The notes: generated by a model not told the origin, from the sequence alone. Numbered from the stretch's first letter, positions 38,725-49,288 are shown. The stretch: 64,000 nucleotides of DNA from an uncultured Bacilli bacterium (GCA_934149105.1 CAKPDP010000004.1:69277-133276), one strand, 5' to 3'. Made by a program: numbers and translations.

Positions 38725-40221
38725 ATGAAACAATTTATTACCAAACATTCAAAACTAATATTCTTGCTTTTTTGCCTCTTGATTTCTTTTCTTTGTCTTT
38801 CTATTTGTTCCAAAAACTCTTACCTTTATCCCTTCAATAATTGGCCTGACGAAAACGTCTTCTTCACGGTAGGTAAAGCATGGACTAAAGGTCTAATCCC
38901 TTACAAAGATCTTTTCGAACAAAAAGGACCATTTCTCTTCCTAATCTTTGCCTTAGGATCTATAATAACACCTCATAGTTTTCTTTCTATCTTCATCTTT
39001 GAAGTTATCTCTTTAACTATCTGCCTTTATTTTACCTCTAAAATCATAAGCTTATTTTTACCAACCAAATATTCTTATCTAATTCTTCCTGTCTTTACAT
39101 CTATCCTAGTTAGCAGTACTTACTTTGTCCATGGTGGTAGTGCCGAAGAATTCTGCTTTCCTCTCATAGCCTATACCACTTATACCTTATTAAAATATTT
39201 TACCAAAGAAAATCAAATTACTAATCGAAGCCTTTTCTTAAATGGCTTTATCGCTGGACTCATTTTCATGATAAAATTTAATCTCCTAGGATTTTGGTTT
39301 GCCTTTATGTGTTTTACCTTTATTTATCTTTTAACTAGAAAAGAAATAAAAAAAGCCTTTATCAGTTGCTTTATCTTCGTAGCGGGAATGATAATTCCCT
39401 TTGCCACTTTCAGCATCTATTTCTTACTAGTAGGTGGCTTTAAAGATTTCATAGACACTTACTTTATCTTTAATATAACTGGATATACTAACGCTATGGG
39501 ACTATCCACTAGAATTCGTTGGTTAATTGATACTATTTATTCTAAAATCTCTAGTAACTTTTGGCTTTTTAACCTGTTAGATGTTGGACTATTATATTTC
39601 TTTTTTAGTAAAAAGTTAATTAAAAATTTTCAAGGACGCTTAGCCCTTATAATGGAAATAGCCCTTGGAACCATAGGCATTTTCTGTGGTGGTCAAGACT
39701 TTACCTATTATTTCTTGCCGGTAATGTATTTTACAATCTTTGGTTTTATAGCTTTCTTTTCTTATTTTGATAACATTATCGCTTACCCTAAACTAAAATT
39801 ATTTATAGTAATAATTCTTATCCTGGGATTATCTTTGCGATCTTTGTCTAAATCTAATAATCTTTCCTACATGAGTAATTCTAAGGATAACCTAGTTCAA
39901 TATAGATTTGCCGAACTAATAAATCAAGAAGAAAATTCTACTTTATTAAATTATCATTTTTTAGATAGTGGTTTCTATTTTGCATCTGATATTCTTCCAA
40001 CCACTAAATATTTCCATCAATTAAATGCCATAATTCCTAATATGGAAGAAACACTAACTAATGATATAAACAATAAAAAATATGATTTTATAGTAACTAG
40101 AAGTTATAAAGGATACGATCCTACTACCGAAGCCTTATTAGAAAATTATACTCTAATATCAACCCAAAAAGAAACCTTTGAAGGAACTAAATTTACTTAT
40201 TACCTTTACCATAAAAAATAA
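38725..40221 (+). CDS. Polytopic membrane protein (more than 12 TM helices). A polysaccharide polymerase or GT-C-like enzyme is suspected.
   Basis: Hydrophobicity pattern only. Confidence 0.5.
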   Translation: MKQFITKHSKLIFLLFCLLISFLCLSICSKNSYLYPFNNWPDENVFFTVGKAWTKGLIPYKDLFEQKGPFLFLIFALGSIITPHSFLSIFIFEVISLTICLYFTSKIISLFLPTKYSYLILPVFTSILVSSTYFVHGGSAEEFCFPLIAYTTYTLLKYFTKENQITNRSLFLNGFIAGLIFMIKFNLLGFWFAFMCFTFIYLLTRKEIKKAFISCFIFVAGMIIPFATFSIYFLLVGGFKDFIDTYFIFNITGYTNAMGLSTRIRWLIDTIYSKISSNFWLFNLLDVGLLYFFFSKKLIKNFQGRLALIMEIALGTIGIFCGGQDFTYYFLPVMYFTIFGFIAFFSYFDNIIAYPKLKLFIVIILILGLSLRSLSKSNNLSYMSNSKDNLVQYRFAELINQEENSTLLNYHFLDSGFYFASDILPTTKYFHQLNAIIPNMEETLTNDINNKKYDFIVTRSYKGYDPTTEALLENYTLISTQKETFEGTKFTYYLYHKK

Positions 40222-40241
40222 AATATTTTATATAAGAAAAG

Positions 40242-40270
40242 TTGACAATTAATAAAGATTATTTTAAACT
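40242..40270 (+). promoter_or_regulatory. Sigma-70-type promoter.
   Basis: TTGACA, a 17-nt spacer, then TAAACT, about 35 nt upstream of galE. Confidence 0.55.
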
Positions 40271-40306
40271 AAAAGTAAGAAAACGTAAGATAGGAGTGAT
40301 AATAAA

Positions 40307-41311
40307 ATGAAAATATTAGTAACAGGAGGTTGTGGCTATATTGGAAGTCATACCGTTGTTGAACTATTAAACAATAACTATGAAGTAGTTATAATTGATG
40401 ACTTAAGTAATTCTAAATTAGATGTTTTAGAAAGTATAAAAAAAATAACTTTTAAAGAACCAATCTTTTATAAGGGCAATGTTTGTGATAAAGATTTATT
40501 ATCCAAAATCTTTAAAGATAATAAAATAGATGCTGTTATCCATTTTGCGGGCTTTAAAGCCGTTGGAGAATCTGTAGAAAAGCCTTTAGAATACTATCAA
40601 AATAACATTGATAGTACCATTAATCTCTGCCAAGTAATGCGAGAATTTAATTGTCAAAGATTAATTTTCTCTAGTAGTGCTACTGTTTACGGAGGAAATA
40701 ATCCTGTCCCTCTAAAAGAAGAATATCCTATAGGAGGAACAACAAATCCTTATGGTACAAGTAAATTATTTATCGAACATATTCTAGAAGATCTAGCCAT
40801 ATCTGATCCTAATTGGAGTATTGTCCTTCTTCGTTACTTTAATCCTATTGGGGCTCACAAAAGTGGTTTACTAGGAGATAATCCTAATGGTATTCCTAAT
40901 AACTTAATGCCTTATATTTGTAGAGTAGCAACCGGAGAATTAAAAGAATTAAGTATCTTTGGAAATGATTACGATACTAAAGATGGTACTGGAGTAAGAG
41001 ATTATATTCATGTTGAAGATTTAGCAATGGGACATGTTTTAGCCCTAAAGAAAGTTTTAAATACTAAGGGTGTAAATATTTATAACTTAGGTACTGGTAT
41101 TGGTTATTCAGTATTAGATATAGTAAATGCTTTTAATAAAGCTAATAATATAACAATTCCTTATAAAATAGTAGAAAGAAGAAAAGGCGATATAGCTGAG
41201 TGCTATGCTAGTACTGATAAAGCCTTTAAAGAATTAGGTTTTAAATGTCAATATAATTTAGAAGATATGGTTAAAGATAGTTATAATTTCTATTTTCATA
41301 ATAAAAAATAA
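40307..41311 (+). CDS. galE: UDP-glucose 4-epimerase.
   Basis: 'MKILVTGGCGYIGSH', an active-site 'YGTSK' and 'LRYFNP'. Confidence 0.9.
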   Translation: MKILVTGGCGYIGSHTVVELLNNNYEVVIIDDLSNSKLDVLESIKKITFKEPIFYKGNVCDKDLLSKIFKDNKIDAVIHFAGFKAVGESVEKPLEYYQNNIDSTINLCQVMREFNCQRLIFSSSATVYGGNNPVPLKEEYPIGGTTNPYGTSKLFIEHILEDLAISDPNWSIVLLRYFNPIGAHKSGLLGDNPNGIPNNLMPYICRVATGELKELSIFGNDYDTKDGTGVRDYIHVEDLAMGHVLALKKVLNTKGVNIYNLGTGIGYSVLDIVNAFNKANNITIPYKIVERRKGDIAECYASTDKAFKELGFKCQYNLEDMVKDSYNFYFHNKK

Positions 41312-41325
41312 TTATTTAGGATTTA

Positions 41326-42369
41326 ATGATGAAAAAGTTATTTAAGATATTTATAATTCTAATTTCTTTTGTTCTAAGTCTTACCAATGTTCATGCTGCT
41401 ACTAATCCTTATAATCAATCTGGACCTTATGGCACTAATTGTACTTGGTATGTTTGGAATAAAGTCTATGAAAAAGATAACATTGCCTTACCTGGTTGGG
41501 GTAATGCTAAAAATTGGTATCAAGATGCCCAAAACTCTGGTTATACAGTCGGTTCTTCTCCTAGAGCTAATTCTATTGTTGTTTGGGGATCATGGACTGA
41601 GTATGGTCACGTTGGCTATGTTGAACAAGTAGAAGGAAATACCCTAAAAGTCTGGGATTCTACTGGCCCTTGTATTGATGATAATGATGAAGAATATAAA
41701 CAATGTATTGAAAATGGTGTTAGTGAAGAGACCGATAAAATTTGTTATGCTAATGCCAAAAAAGGTGCTTGTAGTTATACCCTTGATTATAGTTATGTAA
41801 CCGGTTATATCTATTTAGATTATGCTCCAACTCAAGTTACCACTAATAATCATAACCAAGAACCTGCTCCAACAACTACTACCGAACCAGAAGTAACTGT
41901 ATCTTCTAACAATAATTTAAGTAGTATAGAATTAAGCACCGGAACTATTGATTTTAATAAAGAAACCTTAGAATATAATCTTGAAGTAGAAAACACTATT
42001 ACCAAAATAACTGTAAATGCTACTGCTGAAGATGAAAAATCATCTATAGAAGGAGTAGGGGAACATAATTTAGAAGTTGGCTTAAATACTATTGTTTTAA
42101 AAGTAACAGCCGAAGATAAAACAACTAAAGACTATACAATTAATATAACTAGAAAAGAACAACCTCAGGTTCTAACTACTAGTAAGAAAAAAACTTCTCC
42201 TTCTAAAAGTTTTTCTTGGATTTCCGTAATTGTCATAGTAGCCTTAATAATCATTTTATCACTATTATTGATTGTCATAAAAAACTTTAAATTCCAGAAA
42301 AAATCTAACCTAAGTAATAAATCTCAAGATAAAAAAGATTATCACGATAAAAATTTGGAAAATAAATAA
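41326..42369 (+). CDS. Secreted CHAP-domain peptidoglycan hydrolase with a C-terminal membrane anchor.
   Basis: Signal peptide, then a CHAP block 'NCTWYVWNKV...GYTVGSSPRANSIVVW...GHVGYVEQV' carrying the Cys and His catalytic residues. A beta-rich domain and a C-terminal TM helix follow. Confidence 0.8.
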   Translation: MMKKLFKIFIILISFVLSLTNVHAATNPYNQSGPYGTNCTWYVWNKVYEKDNIALPGWGNAKNWYQDAQNSGYTVGSSPRANSIVVWGSWTEYGHVGYVEQVEGNTLKVWDSTGPCIDDNDEEYKQCIENGVSEETDKICYANAKKGACSYTLDYSYVTGYIYLDYAPTQVTTNNHNQEPAPTTTTEPEVTVSSNNNLSSIELSTGTIDFNKETLEYNLEVENTITKITVNATAEDEKSSIEGVGEHNLEVGLNTIVLKVTAEDKTTKDYTINITRKEQPQVLTTSKKKTSPSKSFSWISVIVIVALIIILSLLLIVIKNFKFQKKSNLSNKSQDKKDYHDKNLENK

Positions 42370-42572
42370 ATATTTTCCTTTTTTAATATTTAAATAAATA
42401 TTTCTCTAAAAATACTTAATAAAAGAATAATACCCATCTTCTCTCTAAGAGAACTTCCCAGGTCTTGTTAAAGTTAGTTTGTTTTTCTGTAAAGCCCCCG
42501 TAATTTTATTGCTATCCTTAACTTTCCTATGATATAATTAATATGAAAAAGACAAAGAAAGATCGTGATAAA

Positions 42573-43718
42573 ATGCCGAAAAATATCTTTATTGTAGGAT
42601 CTCGTGGTTATAACTACAACTATGGAGGCTGGGAAACTTTTGTAACTCAATTAGTAGATAACTATCATGATAAAAATACCCATTTCTATATTTGCAGCCT
42701 AGCCAATACTAAGAATGAACAACCAATTAAGATAAATAAAAATGTAACTGTAATTCCTATTTTTACTAAAGCTCCAGGAAGTACTAAAATGCTTTTTTAT
42801 TCCTTGAAATCTTTTTCCTACTGTGTAAATTATATTAAACATAATAATCTCTCAAATACTTACATTTATGTTTTAGGATTAAAGCTATTCACAGCACTAA
42901 AAACCAATTATCATAAGTGCCAAAAATTAGGAATTAAAATCTACGTTAATCCTGATGGCCTAGAACACAAAAGAAGTAAGTGGTCTTATCCTGTTAAAAA
43001 GTTTTTCTTGTTGAGTGAAAAATTAATGCTTAATAATTGTGATTTAATTGTTTGTGATGGGTTAGGGATTCAAAAGTATGTTATAAATAAATATCCTAAG
43101 TTAAAGAATAAGACTATTTATATAGCCTATGGCGCTAAAGAAAGAGACTTATCCCATCTTAATGAAGAGAGTATCCTAAAAGAATATAATTTAAAGAAAG
43201 ATAATTATTGTTTAATGGTAGGAAGATGTGTTCCTGAAAATAACTATGAATTAGTAATTAAAGCTTTTTTAAATACTTCTCTAAAAAAAGATTTAGTTAT
43301 CATAACTAATCTTAGTAGTAGTAATTATTATCAATCTTTAAAAGAAACTACTAATTTTCCTCAAGATAAACGAATTAAATTTATCGATGGTGTTTATGAT
43401 CAAGATAAACTAGCTGTTATCAGAAAGAATGCTTATCTCTATATTCATGGCCATTCTGTTGGTGGAACTAATCCTAGTCTTCTAGAAGCCTTATCCTTAA
43501 CCGATCTTAATCTCTTATATGATGTCTGCTTCAATAAAGATATTGGCGGTTCTAGTTGTCTATACTTTAAAAACTCCGCAAGTCTTACTAAACTATTAGA
43601 TGATTCCTCTCTTTTAGAAACTAGTAAAAAGGAATTGGGTCCTCAAGCTAAAAAGATCATTAAAACTAATTTTACTTGGGATATAATCGTTAATAAATAT
43701 AAAGAAATTTTTAAGTAG
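42573..43718 (+). CDS. RgpA/WchF-like rhamnosyltransferase (DUF1972 N-terminus plus GT4).
   Basis: 'IFIVGSRGYNYNYGGWETFVTQLV' matches the DUF1972 signature of RgpA/WchF. The start is moved from the ORF-track 42543 to the ATG at 42573, because a candidate extended -10 (tgaTATAAT, about 42530-42538) would put the transcript start after 42543. Confidence 0.7.
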   Translation: MPKNIFIVGSRGYNYNYGGWETFVTQLVDNYHDKNTHFYICSLANTKNEQPIKINKNVTVIPIFTKAPGSTKMLFYSLKSFSYCVNYIKHNNLSNTYIYVLGLKLFTALKTNYHKCQKLGIKIYVNPDGLEHKRSKWSYPVKKFFLLSEKLMLNNCDLIVCDGLGIQKYVINKYPKLKNKTIYIAYGAKERDLSHLNEESILKEYNLKKDNYCLMVGRCVPENNYELVIKAFLNTSLKKDLVIITNLSSSNYYQSLKETTNFPQDKRIKFIDGVYDQDKLAVIRKNAYLYIHGHSVGGTNPSLLEALSLTDLNLLYDVCFNKDIGGSSCLYFKNSASLTKLLDDSSLLETSKKELGPQAKKIIKTNFTWDIIVNKYKEIFK

Positions 43719-43726
43719 GTGAAATC

Positions 43727-45559
43727 ATGCAAGAACAAAAAAAAGAAAGTTTTTTATATCGTCATATATTTTCTAAAATTGAAAAAGTCTTATATCTAAT
43801 AAAGAAAGCTGTATATTTTGCTTGGTATCGTCATCATTTTCTAATTCCTCCTCGTGTCCTTTTAAAATATATTAAATCTTTCTTTATTGCCCTAAGAAGA
43901 GGTAATACTACTTCTAATTTATTTACTAACCAAAAGTCTTATTTAAAATGGTTTCAAGAACACAATACTCACCCCGATTATCAAAAATTCACTTATAATC
44001 CCTTAATAAGTTTTATTATTCCTACTTATAATGTCAAAAAAGATTTACTAAAGGAGTGTCTAGATAGTCTTTTAAATCAATCTTATAAAAACTTTGAAAT
44101 CTGTATCGCTGACGATCATTCTAGCCTTGAAGAAACTATAACTACTTTAAAAGAATATGAACAAAAATATTCTAATATTCACGTAGTTTATCGTAAAGAA
44201 AATGGTATGATTAGTAAAGCTAGTAATAGTGCTATCGATCTTGCTAAGGGCGAATTTTTAGCCCTTGTCGATAACGATGATGTCGTCGAAAAAGATGCTC
44301 TTTATTATCTAGTTGAGGCCTTAAATAACGATAAAAAATTAGATCTTATCTATACTGATGAAGATAAAATTGATTTTAAAGGAAACTATATGGAACCTCA
44401 TTTTAAACCTGATTATTCTCCTGATACTTTAATGGGAGTAAATTATATTTGCCATTTGTGTTGTCTAAGAACTAGCCTTGTTAAAAAAGTTGGCTTATTC
44501 CGTAGTGAATATGATGGTAGTCAAGATTATGATTTATTCTTAAGGGTTACTGAAAAAACTAAGAATATCTATCATATTCCTAGAATATTATACCATTGGA
44601 GACAAACTCCTACCTCTACAGCAGGTTACTTAGGTAATAAAAACTATGCCTTTATCACTGGAAAAAAGGCTCTAGAAGATGCTTTAAAAAGAAGAAAAAT
44701 TAAAGGTGAAGTCTTAGAAAATCCTAGAGTAAGTACTTATTTAATAAAATATAGTAATAATAATGAATTAGTAAGTATAATTATTCCTATAAAAGATAAA
44801 GCTAATATTACTAGAAGATGTCTAGATAGTATCTATAACAAAAGTACTTATCAAAATTTTGAAATAATTTTAGTTGACAATAATAGTGTTGAAGCTGAAA
44901 CTTTTGAAATGATTAAAGAATATGAAACTAAATATCCTAATTTTCATTCTCTTCGCCTAGACTGTGAATTTAATTATTCTAAAATCAATAATGCTGCTGT
45001 TAAAGAAGCCCATGGCGACTATTTATTATTTTTAAATAATGATACTGAAGTTATGAGTCCTGATTTTCTAGAATATATGCTAGGATATGCTAGACAAGAC
45101 CATGTAGGGTGTGTCGGAATAAAATTATTATATCCTGATAAATTGGTTCAACATGCTGGAGTTGTCCTAGGTTATGGCGGTACTGCTGGCCACATCTATG
45201 TAACTGCTACCAGAAACGATAATGGCCTTTTTGGACGCCTAGCTATGCCTTATAATTATAGTGCCGTAACCGCAGCGTGTCTAATGATAAATAAACAGAA
45301 ATTTTTAGATGTTCAGGGCTTTGATGAAAAATTAAAAGTAGCTTTAAACGATGTTGATTTAAATCTTAAAGTCTTAAAAAAAGGCTATTACAATGTCTGC
45401 TTATCTAATGTTGAAATGCTTCATTATGAGAGTAAGAGTAGGGGCTATGAAGCTTCCAAAGAAAAACATGAACGTTTCTTACAAGAACAAGCCTATATGA
45501 AAGATAAATGGCAAGATTTTCTTGATGATGATAAATTCTTTAGTAAAAATAACTTTTAA
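43727..45559 (+). CDS. Two-domain GT2 glycosyltransferase, a paralogue of 23150..25324.
   Basis: Collinear with the other paralogue, with two GT-A modules. Its T/C-ending codon style matches the flanks rather than the other paralogue. Confidence 0.85.
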   Translation: MQEQKKESFLYRHIFSKIEKVLYLIKKAVYFAWYRHHFLIPPRVLLKYIKSFFIALRRGNTTSNLFTNQKSYLKWFQEHNTHPDYQKFTYNPLISFIIPTYNVKKDLLKECLDSLLNQSYKNFEICIADDHSSLEETITTLKEYEQKYSNIHVVYRKENGMISKASNSAIDLAKGEFLALVDNDDVVEKDALYYLVEALNNDKKLDLIYTDEDKIDFKGNYMEPHFKPDYSPDTLMGVNYICHLCCLRTSLVKKVGLFRSEYDGSQDYDLFLRVTEKTKNIYHIPRILYHWRQTPTSTAGYLGNKNYAFITGKKALEDALKRRKIKGEVLENPRVSTYLIKYSNNNELVSIIIPIKDKANITRRCLDSIYNKSTYQNFEIILVDNNSVEAETFEMIKEYETKYPNFHSLRLDCEFNYSKINNAAVKEAHGDYLLFLNNDTEVMSPDFLEYMLGYARQDHVGCVGIKLLYPDKLVQHAGVVLGYGGTAGHIYVTATRNDNGLFGRLAMPYNYSAVTAACLMINKQKFLDVQGFDEKLKVALNDVDLNLKVLKKGYYNVCLSNVEMLHYESKSRGYEASKEKHERFLQEQAYMKDKWQDFLDDDKFFSKNNF

Positions 45560-45570
45560 GGAGGTCCCTT

Positions 45571-46827
45571 GTGAAAAAGAAAATTCCTTTAATAATTTTA
45601 GGGTTAATTCTTCTTTTAGTTTTAGTGATTTTTCTCATCTTTCTAGAGAAAAAAGAAAAATCTAAATTAACTCTTAACCTTGATCCTCAAGGCCAAACGA
45701 CTAATCTTAGAAATATTGTTACCTATAGTCATTATATAATTACCACTAAAACTAAAGCTATCTATGATAGTAATAAAAAAGAAATTGGTACCATCGAAAA
45801 AGGTACTGAGTTAATACTAGATTCTAATTATACAAGTGATCCCACTTACTATAAATTAGAAGAAACTTCTCTATATCTTACTAAAGATTCCATTGCTCCT
45901 TTAAAAGAATTATCCTCTACTAAAACTAATACTGAATATAAAACTTATAAAAATTATTTACCTTATAACGAAAATATTTTAACTACCGATAACTATGAAC
46001 TCTTAATAGATAATCAATCTAAAATAACTTTAAAGTCTTCATCTTCTTATCCCATTATTATTAAAGATGAAGATAAATATGGACTAGAATTTAATAATCA
46101 ATTATATTATCTTCCTAGTAAATATGTAAGTAAAATTGAAGAGACTTCTAATACTGATAAGAATCCAGCTTCTTCCATAGCAGTCTTAAATTATCATTAC
46201 ACTATAAATAAAGAAGCCGGCGAAGACAAGCTATGTCGTCAGACAATTTGCATGGAAGATACTCAAGTAGAAGAAGAAATTAAATATTTAAAAGATAATA
46301 ATTACTATGCTACAACTATGCGTGATTTAGAACTTTACGTCAATAAAAAAATAAGATTACCGGAACATAGTGTTACTATAACTATCGATGATGGTTGGTT
46401 TGTTGCTAGAATGATTACTATTTTAGAAAAATATCAAACTATGGGAACCTTATTTCTAATCGGTAGTCTTGCTAGTCCTAATGATTATAAATCTAACTAT
46501 CTAGAAATTCATTCCCATTCTTGGGATATGCATACTCCTAAAGTTTGTGAAGGATCTCATGGTGGTGCCATTCTCTGCTGGGATAAAGATAAAATACTAA
46601 CTGATTTAAAAAAGAGTAGGGAAAGTCTTAATAATACCACCTATTTCTGTTATCCTTTCTATGAACATAATGATAGATCGAAAACTCTTCTTAAAGAAGC
46701 TGGCTTTACTATGGCTTTTATAGGAGGTAGTAGAAAAGTACGACCAGGAGATGATCCTTATAATTTAAGACGTTTCGAATTAGTTACTGGTACCACTCTT
46801 GAAGATATTAAAAATTTTGTGAGTTAG
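45571..46827 (+). CDS. Membrane-anchored polysaccharide deacetylase (CE4/NodB-like).
   Basis: An N-terminal TM helix. The C-terminal region ('TITIDDGW', 'HSHSWDMH', 'YFCYPFYEHND') resembles NodB motifs. Confidence 0.6.
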   Translation: MKKKIPLIILGLILLLVLVIFLIFLEKKEKSKLTLNLDPQGQTTNLRNIVTYSHYIITTKTKAIYDSNKKEIGTIEKGTELILDSNYTSDPTYYKLEETSLYLTKDSIAPLKELSSTKTNTEYKTYKNYLPYNENILTTDNYELLIDNQSKITLKSSSSYPIIIKDEDKYGLEFNNQLYYLPSKYVSKIEETSNTDKNPASSIAVLNYHYTINKEAGEDKLCRQTICMEDTQVEEEIKYLKDNNYYATTMRDLELYVNKKIRLPEHSVTITIDDGWFVARMITILEKYQTMGTLFLIGSLASPNDYKSNYLEIHSHSWDMHTPKVCEGSHGGAILCWDKDKILTDLKKSRESLNNTTYFCYPFYEHNDRSKTLLKEAGFTMAFIGGSRKVRPGDDPYNLRRFELVTGTTLEDIKNFVS

Positions 46828-46937
46828 AGAAATCTAACTTTTTTTACATTTCTTATTAGAATATTTTCGAACTTCCTCTAATTTATTTACATCAAACCCC
46901 TTAATATGTTAAAATATTACCAAGAAGAGGTGTTTAA

Positions 46938-47981
46938 ATGATATCACTAGAAAAAGTTATATTAATGGTTCTAATTCCCTTAGTCTTTAATTTATTCTTT
47001 ACACCTGTTGTAAGAATAATTGCTAAACATATAGGAGCCATGGATATCCCTAATGAAAGAAAAATCCATAAGAAACCAATTCCCCGTTTGGGTGGCTTAG
47101 GTATGTATTGTAGTTTTCTCTTGGGATATATGTTTTTTGGAAAAGAATCTATTCAGATGAATTCTATTCTAATCGGTAGTTCTCTTATAATTATTACTGG
47201 TATTATTGATGATATAAAGCCTATCCCAGCTCGTTATAAATTTTTAGGCCAGCTAGCGGCCGCTACCGTTGTTGCCTGTTATGGTAATATTCTCTTAAGA
47301 GATATTAGTGCCTTTGGCCTTTATGTTAATTTTGGCTTTTTATCTTATCCTATTACCATTCTCTTTATTGTTTCCGTTATTAATTGTATCAATCTTATTG
47401 ATGGTTTAGATGGCTTAGCAGGTGGTATTTCCTCTATTTATTTCCTAACAATAGGTATTATAGCTCTTATGTTAAATAATTCTAATGGTCTAGATATCAT
47501 TTTAACCTTTGTTATGTTAGGAGCTACTTTAGGTTTTCTATATCATAATTTTAATCCAGCCTCTATTTTTATGGGCGACTCTGGGAGTATGTTTTTAGGC
47601 TACATGATCGCTGTTATCGCCTTACTAGGCTTTAAAAATGTTACCTTAACTTCTTTCATTATTCCTATTCTTCTTTTAGCCGTTCCTATTATGGATACTT
47701 TACTAGCTATTATCAGAAGAATAATCAATCATAAACCTATTGCCATGCCCGATAAAAATCATTTGCATCATCAATTTCTAAAAATGAATTTTTCTCAGAA
47801 AACCACCGTTTTAATTATCTATCTTATCGACTTCCTTTTTGCCGCTTCTTCAATTATCTATGTCTTAGGTGATAGTGTCATGGGAATTGTTATCTACATT
47901 ATCCTCTTCATTATTGTTACTATTTTAATCTATAAAACTGATATTATTTTTGATCATTCTAAACAAAAAAACAATAAGTAA
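46938..47981 (+). CDS. tagO: Polyprenyl-phosphate N-acetylhexosamine-1-phosphate transferase (TagO/WecA/RgpG, MraY-like GT4).
   Basis: About 10 TM helices with the MraY/WecA family blocks 'IIDDIKPIPARYKFLGQ', 'NLIDGLDGLA' and 'FMGDSGSMFLGY'. Confidence 0.85.
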   Translation: MISLEKVILMVLIPLVFNLFFTPVVRIIAKHIGAMDIPNERKIHKKPIPRLGGLGMYCSFLLGYMFFGKESIQMNSILIGSSLIIITGIIDDIKPIPARYKFLGQLAAATVVACYGNILLRDISAFGLYVNFGFLSYPITILFIVSVINCINLIDGLDGLAGGISSIYFLTIGIIALMLNNSNGLDIILTFVMLGATLGFLYHNFNPASIFMGDSGSMFLGYMIAVIALLGFKNVTLTSFIIPILLLAVPIMDTLLAIIRRIINHKPIAMPDKNHLHHQFLKMNFSQKTTVLIIYLIDFLFAASSIIYVLGDSVMGIVIYIILFIIVTILIYKTDIIFDHSKQKNNK

Positions 47982-48056
47982 CCATCTTTGAAACTTATTG
48001 TTTTTTATTACTTCTCTCTATATTATTTGAGAGCTTTAGACTCCCTTCATTAGAAG

Positions 48057-48974
48057 TTATTTCTTTAAATATTCTTTAAATTTCTCTAAACTATCTCCCT
48101 TATAAAAAATATCCTCCAAAATATTGATAATTTCCCAGTGAATATTCTTTTTTCTTAATAATTCTTGAACTTCACCTAAAGTAAAATATCCCTCAACTGT
48201 ATTATTATTTAAATACTCCTGATAATTATCTTCTCTTCCTCTAACTACTCCTAAAGAATAATTTCTACTCTTACAAGAAGTCGTTGTAAGAAGTAAATCT
48301 CCAATTCCTGCCAAACTAAATATTGTCTCTTTCTTACCACCAATTACTAAAAGAATGTTAGATAATTCTCCTATAATTCTTGTTAAATATTTATATCTAG
48401 TTGTTTCTGGATAACCCATTCCTTCAATAATTCCCGTACTAATAGCAATTACATTCTTTATCGCTCCACAAAATTCTATTCCTAAAATATCTTCCTTGAT
48501 TTCTAGTTTAAAATACTCTGTTTCTAGTAAATCTTTAACCTTAAGGCCTAATTCTTTTCTACGACATCCTACCGTCACAGCGGCCGGTATTTCTTTTTCT
48601 AAATCTGTTGCAAAAGTAGGCCCTGATATAACAACTATATTATCTGTTTCTAATTCTAAACTAACAATCTCTTCGATAAATCTTCCTCCATTAACTATTC
48701 CTTTAGAAGCAATAACTACTATCTGGAAGTTATAATATTGCTTAAATTCTTGCATTACTTCCTCGATAAAACTACTAGGAATAGCAATAATTATCAAATC
48801 ATTTTTAGAAATCTCTTCCAAAGAAGTTGTAAATTCTCTAGTCTTATATTTTTCTCTTAATGCTAAAACCTCATTTTCGAATTTGCTCCACATTGTAATT
48901 CGATAGTTCTTTTGTTCCCATATCTTTGCTAAAGCTAAACCATAAGCTCCACAACCAATAAATCCAATTTTCAT
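48057..48974 (-). CDS. gpsA: NAD(P)H-dependent glycerol-3-phosphate dehydrogenase.
   Basis: 'MKIGFIGCGAYGLALAKI' (Rossmann fold) and a GpsA-like central region. Confidence 0.75.
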   Translation of the reverse strand: MKIGFIGCGAYGLALAKIWEQKNYRITMWSKFENEVLALREKYKTREFTTSLEEISKNDLIIIAIPSSFIEEVMQEFKQYYNFQIVVIASKGIVNGGRFIEEIVSLELETDNIVVISGPTFATDLEKEIPAAVTVGCRRKELGLKVKDLLETEYFKLEIKEDILGIEFCGAIKNVIAISTGIIEGMGYPETTRYKYLTRIIGELSNILLVIGGKKETIFSLAGIGDLLLTTTSCKSRNYSLGVVRGREDNYQEYLNNNTVEGYFTLGEVQELLRKKNIHWEIINILEDIFYKGDSLEKFKEYLKK

Positions 48975-49288
48975 TTAATCACCTCTACATAATCACCTAT
49001 TTTAATATCAAAATAATTACTAGGAGTTTCTATAACACTATAAACTCCCATTTTTGGAAGAATTATTCTTCTTTTACCTAATTCTGCATAATATTTTATA
49101 ACTTTATAATCCTTATCACACATAATAACATCTATCTTTTCCTTCATAAAAAAAGTATGGATACTATTACAGTGCCTAAATAATAAAGCTCTATCTATAT
49201 TTTTACAAAACATAAATCCCTTAAGTCTTTTCATAAAACTAAGACAATCTTCTAATTCTATTATTTTATCTTTATATTTAAGTTGCAT
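48971..49288 (-). CDS. DUF192 (COG1430) small protein.
   Basis: 'LSFMKRLKGFMF...HTFFMKEKIDVIMCDKDYKVI' fits the DUF192 pattern. It is co-directional with gpsA and overlaps it. Confidence 0.55.
   Translation of the reverse strand: MQLKYKDKIIELEDCLSFMKRLKGFMFCKNIDRALLFRHCNSIHTFFMKEKIDVIMCDKDYKVIKYYAELGKRRIILPKMGVYSVIETPSNYFDIKIGDYVEVIK

Noticed and set aside
41387-41632. An 81-aa plus-strand ORF in an alternative frame of the CHAP gene.
   Set aside because: The CHAP-domain frame carries the conserved catalytic motifs. The alternative frame is hydrophobic noise.
42543-42572. ORF-track start of the RgpA-like gene at 42543.
   Set aside because: A candidate extended -10 (tgaTATAAT) sits just upstream, so transcription would begin at or after 42543. 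Family N-termini begin at the equivalent of M42573 (MPKNIFIVGSRG). The first 10 codons are probably not translated.
48496-48735. A 79-aa plus-strand ORF inside gpsA (antisense).
   Set aside because: It is embedded in a conserved housekeeping gene, with no signals.
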